Part shown: positions 56,032 to 64,000 of the stretch, piece after piece
How positions within the stretch are numbered: position 1 is the first letter of the stretch
Layout of the letters: the number at the start of each line of letters is the position of its first letter
NCBI GenBank assembly: GCA_965240325.2
Contig: OZ251231.1
Coordinates: forward strand, 1,116,001-1,180,000
From: Rebecca billardiae RCC1528
Lineage: Eukaryota; Protista; Haptophyta
Direction: 5' to 3'
Length of the DNA: 64,000 bases
Notes under the pieces: model-generated
Seen by the model: the letters and a program-made list of their open reading frames with translations, nothing else
The model's database searches: none
Told to the model about the DNA's origin: nothing
Program-made: the position numbers and the translations under genes

Positions 56032-56342
56032 GCGTTTCCTCCACGCACGGCGGCTGTCGCAGCGAAGCAGAGTCACTTCACACTGTCTTGCCGCTGGGCA
56101 TGCAGCAGGCAGTTCCGGGCAACTTTCTAATGACTGTCTTAGTACCAGGTCTCTCTTCGGAGAGCGTGCGATGAAGGATGGCGCGGCAACCTGCCACCGT
56201 GAGCCTTACGCACGTTAAAACAAATAAACTGTAGTGCTTACTCAGAGGGTGAGTATCAGACTGGAAGGTTCCGACCGACGCATGACGATCCTGATGCATC
56301 AAAGGACAAAGGAGGTAGTAGTTTTGAGGTCCATTGCCTTGC

Positions 56343-57437
56343 ATGCGGCGTGATACGGGTGCACCGGCTGGCGCGACAGGAGCGGAGGCGCGCGCGCGCG
56401 AGGGCCGTGCGTGGTGGCTCTCCCCCCGCGGCGCTTTCGCCATGTGGACCACCCTGGCGCTCGTGTGCGGCGCGTGGCAAGGCGTGTGCGCGTGCGGTCT
56501 CCGTGCGCGCGCCGACGAGGCACGGCGGCAGGCGTGCGCGCCGGAGCCGCGCATCTGCCCTTCGTGGGGCATGGTCATTCGCCTCGCTCCGCGCTGGCTC
56601 GACGACTGCACCCGCGCCGGCGGGCCGCTCGTCACATGGTTGATGCTCCTCCCTTTTGCGCACTCGGCCGGACGGCTGCCATTGCTCGTCGACGTGTTGC
56701 TGTGGTACCTCGCCCTCATCATGCCCATGCGCCACTTCCGCCTGCTGATGCAGGCGGGCCGGCCGCGGTGGGATCCATCGGTCCACATCTTCGTGCACGG
56801 CGCGCAGCTCGTGCCCACCGGCCTCGCACTGTGCGCCGCCGCGCAGCTCTACCGCGCGGTGCGTCGGCCACCGTGCTCGGTCGCCACGACGGCGCTCGGC
56901 GCCGCGGCCGCGTACTCGTGTGTCCTGCTCTACCTCTCGCTGATCACGATGTCGTTCTTCCACACGATCAGCGAGACGCTGTGCACGCTCGCGCTCGTCG
57001 GCGTGCCGCTCGTCGCGCACCACCGCGTGCTCGGCGAGCGCTCCCGCTGGTCGAGCGACAACGCCGGGCTGTTCTGCACTGGACTGTGGGTGGCCGAGGT
57101 GGCGGCCATGTGGGCCCTGAGCTCGCGCGGCGCGCTCGCCGGGCGCGCCGGCCCGAGCGAAGCGCAGAAGATTGCACAGTGCGTCTACGACGGGGTGGTG
57201 TGGGCAGCGTACTGGACGCTCCAGACGACGCGCAGCGTGCGGCTCGCCTCTGGCCTCTCCGTCATCCCCTTTGAAGGCGGTCGCAAGAGCGCGATGCCGT
57301 CGAGTCGAACGAGCAATACTGTAGTGCAAGCGCAACGGCGCTGGGAAGGGTCCCCCACCCTCGCCGCCAAACCCACGGCCGTGGCCGCTTCGGAGCCCGC
57401 AGGCACAGACGCTGCCGTCGCATCCGAACTGCAATGA
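56343..57437 (+). CDS. FIT/Scs3-family multi-pass ER protein (acyl-CoA diphosphatase-like)
   Basis: WDPSVHIF resembles D(P/I)SGHxF, and ITMSFFHTISE resembles TxxxFHTxxE; these are the two catalytic-His motifs of FIT2/Scs3. Several TM segments. The start is uncertain. Confidence 0.65.
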   Translation: MRRDTGAPAGATGAEARAREGRAWWLSPRGAFAMWTTLALVCGAWQGVCACGLRARADEARRQACAPEPRICPSWGMVIRLAPRWLDDCTRAGGPLVTWLMLLPFAHSAGRLPLLVDVLLWYLALIMPMRHFRLLMQAGRPRWDPSVHIFVHGAQLVPTGLALCAAAQLYRAVRRPPCSVATTALGAAAAYSCVLLYLSLITMSFFHTISETLCTLALVGVPLVAHHRVLGERSRWSSDNAGLFCTGLWVAEVAAMWALSSRGALAGRAGPSEAQKIAQCVYDGVVWAAYWTLQTTRSVRLASGLSVIPFEGGRKSAMPSSRTSNTVVQAQRRWEGSPTLAAKPTAVAASEPAGTDAAVASELQ

Positions 57438-58119
57438 TGACGCAAGTTGCGCCGCGCTGGGGTGCGCATCATGCGTACGACGCACACTCGGCACAGCCTG
57501 CTGGCTGCTCGATGTCTGATTAGTATCATATGACCGCGTTCCGCGGTCCTTTTCCGTAGAACCAACGCAGTTCGGGGCCCGCGGCGCAGTGGTTGAGAAT
57601 GAGACTGACGAGTCAGTCAGTCCGAGTCAGAAAGACAGTTCAGCCACTCTGAGAGGGAGAGTCAGACCCGAGAAGGGCGAGAGGCGCGGACGGGCCGCGC
57701 GGGGAAGCGGGGCGGCGGCGCGCGCAGGGCGAGAGGGCGAGAGGCGCCGCGCGGCGCCGGGCCGGCGCGTGCGCGCGTGCGGGCGCACCTGCTTCAGCTT
57801 GCAAGGTGCTCGCGCTGCGCCATGCGCTCGACGAAGGGCCGCTGGTCGCGAGCCGGCGCGTGCGCGCGAGCGGGCGCACCTGCTTGAGGTACTCGCCCTG
57901 CGCCATGCGCTCGACGACGGGCCGCTGGTCGCTCAGCCGGCACGCCTCGTGCCGGCAGAGCGAGAGCGCGCGCCACTGCAGACTGCTGGCCCGCCGGCCT
58001 GCCGGCTGCGCAGCCGCGCACCGAGACCGACCGAGCGGAGCTCGGGGCGGTGGAACGAGGCGAGCGGCGCGTCGCGCCTGCCGCCGCGCGTGCGCGCCTG
58101 CTCCACCGCGCCGCCGTGC

Positions 58120-58951
58120 TCGCCCGCCGCCTCCTCCGCCGCGTCGGCCTCGAAGACGGCGGCTGCCAGCGGCAGGCTGAGCTGCGCGCGGCTCACTCAC
58201 ACTGTCTGTGAGTCCTCACGCTGCTGCCGGACCTCCGCGCCGCCGTCGACCGAGTTGAGGAGGAGCTCGGGCTCGGCGTCGAGGCGCGAGCTCGCGTGCT
58301 CGAGCTCGCCCTTCAGCCGCGCGAGCTCCGGGCGCATCCGGCTCATCAGCTCTGCCGCGCCGCTCGCTCGGCGGCGGCGGGCGGCGCGCTCTGCTCCGGT
58401 CGGCGAGCGACGAGCTCGCGTGCTCCGGACTCGGCTCGCCCTTGCGCGCTGCTCCTCGAGTGACGAACGCGCCCGCGGGCAGGTTGTTGCCCGTCGCCCC
58501 CGCCGCGATCTCGCCGCCCCCGCCGTGATCTCGTCGCCCGCCGCCTCCTCCGCCGCGTCGGCCTCGAAGACGGCGGCTGCCAGCGGCAGGCTGAGCTGCG
58601 CGCGGCTCACTCACACTGTCTGTGAGTCCTCACGCTGCTGCCGGACCTCCGCGCCGCCGTCGACCGAGTTGAGGAGGAGCTCGGGCTCGGCGTCGAGGCG
58701 CGAGCTCGCGTGCTCGAGCTCGCCCTTCAGCCGCGCGAGCTCCGGGCGCATCCGGCTCATCAGCTCTGCCGCGCCGCTCGCTCGGCGGCGGCGGGCGGCG
58801 CGCTCTGCTCCGGTCGGCGAGCGACGAGCTCGCGTGCTCCGGACTCGGCTCGCCCTTGCGCGCTGCTCCTCGAGTGACGAACGCGCCCGCGGGCAGGTTG
58901 TTGCCAGTCGCCCCCGCCGCGATCTCGCCGCCCCCGCCGCGATCTCGTCGC
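58120..58951. repeat. Near-perfect 414-bp tandem duplication
   Basis: 58120-58533 is repeated at 58534-58947 with about 2 substitutions. Confidence 0.9.
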
Positions 58952-59048
58952 GCATGTGTCCGTGGCGCGCGCCTGCGAGGTGACAGGCGGGCCGCGAGCT
59001 CAGCCTCGGGGAGAGCGGCTCAGCGAGAGGGCGAGACGCGCGGCCTGC

Positions 59049-59216
59049 GAGGCGACAGGCGCGCTCGGGGAGAGCATTTTACTATTCACATTTAGAAGTG
59101 ATCAAATTTCCCGAGCCCTTGCCTTGCCGTTTGAGGCGACAGGCGCGCTCGGGGAGAGCATTTTACTATTCACATTTAGAAGTGATCAAATTTCCCGAGC
59201 CCTTGCCTTGCCGTTT
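59049..59216. repeat. 84-bp perfect tandem duplication
   Basis: gaggcgacaggcgcgctcggggagagcattttac...gccgttt occurs twice. Confidence 0.9.
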
Positions 59217-59794
59217 TTATCGGTTGGCGGTTGGCGGCAATCTCATACTTAAAATCGCGCTCGTAACGAACCGTTACACTAATGTCACGTCCAGCTGACG
59301 TCCAGATCGCACTTTACTTAAGGGAATGAGCTGGGCGCGCTTTTTTCGGCCTAATAGGTGTACCTCTCTATGCGATCTCAAAAACTCGAAACTCGGTCTC
59401 CGCCAGCCCTAAAAATCGCCCCCCGTCCCTTTTTTCTTGATCAAAGATCTTTTTGAAACGTGGTTCGGGCCCGCTGGTGCGGGCTCCACGCTGCGCGCTC
59501 CGCCCTGCACCGCGGGCCATCATCAGAGACGACGACCGTAGTCATTTAGCTGTGAGACGTGCGCGCCGGCGCCCGGCGCGGGCGCGGGCGCGGGCGCCGC
59601 GCCGACCGCCGGCCGAGGGTTGCGCTCCGCTCGCGCGGCGGGCGCGGCGGCGGCGGCGGCGCGGAACCAGAGCGAGCTCATCTTGCGCGTGATCGGCGGG
59701 CTTGAGAGACTTAGGAGACTCGAAACGAAGCAGGTGGCTCGCTGCAGCTGGCAAGGGGTCGACCGCCCCCGCAAGGCACTGAAAGATATACTCC

Positions 59795-60116
59795 TGTCTG
59801 AGCAGGCAAGCTGGCTCTGGAGGCCGGGGCTCGCCCCGAACTCAAACTGGTTTGAGGTCACGAGACCAGCACGTCAAGTGGAAGTGCTGCTCCATAGGTA
59901 TCTCCCACCTTTCAGGCTGGGACGAACCTGTGGAACACATACGGAAGCGGTAATTAGCAATTACCAATGATGGAGGTAAATAGAGCAGGTCATTGACGAT
60001 GCAGTTATCAACTGCACGTAGATCACTTGAGCTGCACCTAGAGCAGAGTAGCGATTGGCTCCTCGAAAGCTCTCGGTGTCATGCGGGTAAATCTGGCTAG
60101 CCCAGATTGCCCGACA
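59795..60116 (-). repeat. Predicted 3' LTR (322 bp) of the copia element
   Basis: Minus-strand PPT TGAGGAGGAG (60126-60117) immediately precedes TGTCGG. The distal end CAGACA at 59795 is inferred from the short TIR; the partner LTR is not in the window. Confidence 0.65.
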
Positions 60117-60282
60117 CTCCTCCTCACCGAGTGCGGCGAGGTGCGAGTGGGCGTGTGCGTGTGTGCCGCGCGCGCGCGCGCGTGTGCGCGCGTGCGCGCG
60201 CTTGCGTGCAGCTCGTGTGCGTGCCCGCGAGCGGCGGGCGAGCGATGCACGCGGACGATCTTCGCCTTCGGGTGACGCTCAC

Positions 60283-63200
60283 CTACTTGAGCCGGGTGAG
60301 CGTCGTGGTGGCGCCACAGAGGTGGTCCACCAAGCGCTTGAACTTGTCGCGAGTGAGGCCCTTCGTGAGAACGTCGGCCACGTTGTCCTGGGAGCTCACG
60401 AAGGTCACGTCGATCTCGCCGGCCGCCACCCAGTCGCGGATGCGGTGGTAGCGGATCTCGATGTGCTTGGTGCGCTTGCGCACGGACGGGTTCACGGCGA
60501 GGTTGATCGCGCCGGTGTTGTCCGCGAGGATCTTGGTCGGGATCTTGGTGTCGATCAGCTTGAGCTCGGACAGCATGTTGCGCATGTACGCGACGGACTT
60601 GCCCGTGTCCGACAGCGCCATGTACTCGGCCTCGCAGGAGGAGAGGGCGGTGGTCGTCTGGATGTACGAGTTCCAGTGGACCGCGCCCGAGCCGTAGAAC
60701 AGCACGTTGCCCGTGATCGAGCGGCGCGAGTCCGGGATGTTGCCCCAGTCCGAGTCCGAGTAAGCCTTGAGACCGCCGGTGTTGCCGTATCGGTAGAGGA
60801 TGCCGGCGTCCGGCGTGTGCGAGAGGTAGCGCAGCACGCGCTTTGCGGGGCGCATGTGCGGCTCGCGCGGGTTCTGCACGAAGCGAGAGAGCGTGCTCAC
60901 CGCGTACGAGATGTCCGGGCGGCAGGTGATCGAGGCGTAGATGAGCGAGCCGACGATCGAGCGGTAGACAGACTGGTCCACGGGCTCGTCGTCGTCCGTC
61001 GGCGCGCCAAAGTACAGCCGCGGCTCAGCCGGCACGTCCGCCTTGCGGCAGCCGGTGAAGTCGTAGCGCGAGATGACCTCCTTGATGTACTTCGGCATCG
61101 CGAGCAGCATGCCCTCCTCCTTGTACGTGACCTCCAGGCCGAGGAAGTAGCTGACGCGTCCGAGCTCGCGCATCTTGAACGTGTCGGCGAGTGACTTGAG
61201 GATCTCGCCGACCTCGTTCGACTTGGTCGAGCCGTTCACGACCAGCAGGTCGTCAACGTAGACGGCGATGATGATGATGCCGCCGGCGGTGAACTTGTAG
61301 TACAGGCACGGGTCGACGTGCGACTGGTTGAAGCCCATCTTCTTCAGCTTCATGTCGAGCAGCAGGTACCAGTTCCTGCCCGACTGCTTCAAGCCGTAGA
61401 TGGACTTGATGAGGTGCAGCACCGGCTTCTCGTGCGGCTTGAACGTCTTCTCGAAGACGTAGCCCGGCGGCGCGTGCATGTACACGTCCACGCCCTCCTC
61501 GAGCGGCGCGTTGAGGTAGGCCGTGTGGAAGTCGCACATGGTCGTGGAGTAGTTGTGAGCCGCCGACAGCGCGATGAGCGTGCGCACCGTCGTGTGGTTG
61601 ACGGTGGGCGAGAAGGTCTCGTCGTAGTCGATGCCCTTCTGCTGGCGGAAGCCCTGGGCGACGAGCCGCGCCTTGCGCCGCGCGAGCGAGGCGTCGGCGT
61701 TCAGCTTGTTCTTGAACACGTACTTCGAGCCGACCGCCAAGCGGCCGGGCGGCAGCGCCGCCTCCGTGTAGGTGCCGTTCACCTTGTGCGAGTCGAGCTC
61801 GTCGTCGATGGCCTCGCACCATTCGGAAGCCTCGGGCGACTCCATGGCCATCTTGTACGACGTGGGCTCCGGGCCGATCGGCGCGTGCGCGTCGATGATG
61901 GCCCGCAGCGCCTGGTAGTGCATCGTCTTGTCGGTCGCGGTAGCTGCGTCGCGGCGCGCGCGCACGCGCGCTGAGCGGCGCGGTGCCGGGAGCTCCTCCT
62001 CGGTGTCAGCGGGCTGAGCAATGCCGTACGCGTCGTCGTCGTTCGGCACGATGATGTCGTCGGCGTTGGCCTCGTCGCCGAGCGGTGGATGGATGGAGGG
62101 GCTGGCGATCGCGCCCAGCGAGTCGTCCAGCGAGTCGGCGCCGCCATTGTTGTAGTAATCGATGGGCTCGAGTCCGGGCATCAGGTCCTTGGGGAGCGGG
62201 ATGGCCGCGGCGGCAGCGCCGTCGAGAGCAGCGCCGCGCGATCGCAGCACGCGGTCGGCTCCGAGTGGGGGACGGTCGTGGTGCACGATGTCGTCGCGGT
62301 CCTCGTCGTTCTCAAGCACCTCGTTGGCCTGGCGCTCCTCCTCCTCCTCCTCGGCCGAGTGCTGCTTGCTGCACGTCGGTCGCGCCGTCGGAGCGCCCGC
62401 GAACGAGAGCTCATCAAAGAGAACGTGCCGAGAGATCACGATCTTCTTGGAGGAGGGGATGTAGATCTTGTAGCCGAAGATCTTCCGCGTCGTGTTGCCG
62501 ATCTGGACGCCGTCGCGCGCGTAGCCCGCGTGCCAGCCGATGATGCCGCGCGACTTGAGCTTGTAGCCGCCGGGGCCGACCGCGGAGTGGTCGTACACGA
62601 TCGCCTTGCAGCCAAAAGGGCGGAGGTGCGCGATGTCGGGCTTGTAGCCGTAGAACTTCTCGATGGGCGTCTTGCCGTCGCGCTTGGCGAGGTGGTTGCG
62701 GTGGTACGCCGCCACGAGCATCGCCTCCGGCCAGTACTTGTGCGCGACGCCCGACTGCAGGAGCATCGCGCGCGCGTCCGCAACGAGCGTGCCCCACTTG
62801 CGCTCGGCGATCGGGTTCTGCTGCGGCGTGTGCGGCGCCGAGGTGACGTTGATGAGGATGCCGAACTCGTCGAGCACGTCCTGCCACTCCTGGGAGTTGA
62901 GCTCGCCGGCTCCGTCCGGATGGAAATGCCCGTCCGCCATCGAGGTGCCGAGCGAGATCGAGAGCAACGTCATCGCCCCGACATCGCGGATGTACTGCCG
63001 GAGCAGCTGAGGCGCGAGGTCGCGCGTGCGGCACGTGTAGATGCGCGTGTAGTCCGAGTGGTCGTCGATGAAGCTGAGCGCGTAGATGTCCGCGAGCGGC
63101 GTGCCGTCGGCCGTGTGCGGCACGCCCTTGCGGTACGGGCCGAAGAAGTCGACGTGCACGATCTCGAGCCGCCGCGTCGCGCGCGCCATCTTGCCCGGGA

Positions 63201-64000
63201 ATGGGAGCAACTTGATCTTGGAGACCGCGCAGATGTCGCAGTCGATCGCGTCGGGCTTCGAGGCGCCCATGCCGGTGGCGGCGTGCTTCGTGCGTAAGAT
63301 CGCCTCCATGTTCGCGTGCCCGAAACGGCGATGCCAGGTGTCGCGCCACGCGTCCTTCAGCTTGCCGCCGTCGCGCGAGTCGGCGCCGCGCCCGCGGTCG
63401 GAATCAGTTCGCGCGCCGTCCGAGTTGAGGTTGGAGTCGTCGAGGGCGCCGGGCTGCGAGTCCGCGACGTCGGTCTGGCCGTTTAACGCAGCAGCGCGAG
63501 CGTCGCCGTCGCCGATGCCGTCGTCGCCGGAGCGCGTCGCCGCCTCCTCGGCGAGGGAATTGGCTCCCCCCGAGCGGTGGTTGGCCTCCTTGATGATGGA
63601 GTGTGACAGTCTGGTGCCGCCATCAGAGCGAGATGAGGAATCAGAAAGTGAGATGGCAGAAGCTTCCGGCCCAGAAAGTGAGCACAAAGTTGATAAGGAC
63701 GATGGAGGCCGAGAGACCGAGAGGGCGAGGAGGTTGAGCCGATGGGGCTGGGCGCGCCACGGCACGCGGTACGGGAAATCGACGGTGAGCTTGTAGTCCT
63801 CGTTGAAGTGGATGCAGCCGACGTCGTCGACAAAGCTGATGGGGACGCCGGCGCGAGCGAGAGCGTGCACACTCAGGAGTGGATCGCTGAGTGCCGGTAC
63901 GAGGAGTACATCGTGAAGGTTGGCGTCGAACGGCTTGCCGCCGTCGTCGAGCATGTAGGCCTTGATGGTGCCGCGGGCGACGGCGAACATGTACTCGCCG
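60283..64000 (-). CDS. Copia Pol polyprotein (protease C-terminus, HHCC/GAG-pre-integrase, integrase, RT, RNase H), 5'-partial
   Basis: Motifs WHRRFGH..CDIC, VHVDFFGP, DGAGE, PQQNPIAER, KARLVAQGF, YGLKQSGRNW, YVDD, YSDSDW, SSCEAEY, DNTGA, RTKHIEIRYH. No stops. Confidence 0.96.
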   Translation of the reverse strand, partial: GEYMFAVARGTIKAYMLDDGGKPFDANLHDVLLVPALSDPLLSVHALARAGVPISFVDDVGCIHFNEDYKLTVDFPYRVPWRAQPHRLNLLALSVSRPPSSLSTLCSLSGPEASAISLSDSSSRSDGGTRLSHSIIKEANHRSGGANSLAEEAATRSGDDGIGDGDARAAALNGQTDVADSQPGALDDSNLNSDGARTDSDRGRGADSRDGGKLKDAWRDTWHRRFGHANMEAILRTKHAATGMGASKPDAIDCDICAVSKIKLLPFPGKMARATRRLEIVHVDFFGPYRKGVPHTADGTPLADIYALSFIDDHSDYTRIYTCRTRDLAPQLLRQYIRDVGAMTLLSISLGTSMADGHFHPDGAGELNSQEWQDVLDEFGILINVTSAPHTPQQNPIAERKWGTLVADARAMLLQSGVAHKYWPEAMLVAAYHRNHLAKRDGKTPIEKFYGYKPDIAHLRPFGCKAIVYDHSAVGPGGYKLKSRGIIGWHAGYARDGVQIGNTTRKIFGYKIYIPSSKKIVISRHVLFDELSFAGAPTARPTCSKQHSAEEEEEERQANEVLENDEDRDDIVHHDRPPLGADRVLRSRGAALDGAAAAAIPLPKDLMPGLEPIDYYNNGGADSLDDSLGAIASPSIHPPLGDEANADDIIVPNDDDAYGIAQPADTEEELPAPRRSARVRARRDAATATDKTMHYQALRAIIDAHAPIGPEPTSYKMAMESPEASEWCEAIDDELDSHKVNGTYTEAALPPGRLAVGSKYVFKNKLNADASLARRKARLVAQGFRQQKGIDYDETFSPTVNHTTVRTLIALSAAHNYSTTMCDFHTAYLNAPLEEGVDVYMHAPPGYVFEKTFKPHEKPVLHLIKSIYGLKQSGRNWYLLLDMKLKKMGFNQSHVDPCLYYKFTAGGIIIIAVYVDDLLVVNGSTKSNEVGEILKSLADTFKMRELGRVSYFLGLEVTYKEEGMLLAMPKYIKEVISRYDFTGCRKADVPAEPRLYFGAPTDDDEPVDQSVYRSIVGSLIYASITCRPDISYAVSTLSRFVQNPREPHMRPAKRVLRYLSHTPDAGILYRYGNTGGLKAYSDSDWGNIPDSRRSITGNVLFYGSGAVHWNSYIQTTTALSSCEAEYMALSDTGKSVAYMRNMLSELKLIDTKIPTKILADNTGAINLAVNPSVRKRTKHIEIRYHRIRDWVAAGEIDVTFVSSQDNVADVLTKGLTRDKFKRLVDHLCGATTTLTRLK

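Larger units (their letters stand above)
59795..64000 (-). mobile_element. Ty1/copia LTR retrotransposon (3' part; continues beyond the window)
   Basis: Intact pol order INT-RT-RNaseH, PPT, and 3' LTR. Confidence 0.92.

Noticed and set aside
18256-57437. Lipid/CoA metabolic gene cluster (Nudix CoAse, ELO-patatin, EXPERA, FIT)
   Set aside because: The genes are spread over 39 kb among unrelated genes and transposons, with no evidence of co-regulation.

Overview
This is very GC-rich eukaryotic nuclear DNA with short GC-rich GT(GCGC)...(CGC)AG introns. By inference it is algal, probably a haptophyte such as a Pavlovophyceae species; this is not proven. The left half (1-34 kb) is gene-dense. It holds an EF-hand/TM/PAN protein, a DxD glycosyltransferase, an Ala-rich protein with Sfi1-like motifs, a DEAH helicase, and a (TA)n-flanked low-GC cassette carrying an EsV-1-7 repeat ORF. 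It also holds a degenerate torsin-like AAA+ membrane protein, a Nudix CoA-diphosphatase, FANCJ, a pseudo-elongase/patatin fusion and a GARP-type Myb factor. The right half is repeat-rich. Two inverted, divergently oriented paralogues encode an H-NOX (heme NO sensor)-6TM-histidine kinase-receiver hybrid protein, which is the top candidate for a novel system. They are separated by an EXPERA gene, a MITE and two foldback elements. Next comes a 5.1-kb gag-only LTR element (identical LTRs, 5-bp TSD) containing a 2.6-kb palindromic concatemer with flip/flop hairpin junctions. A FIT/Scs3-family gene, tandem duplications and the 3' part of an apparently intact Ty1/copia retrotransposon complete the window. 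All family calls come from motif recognition by eye; no searches were run.
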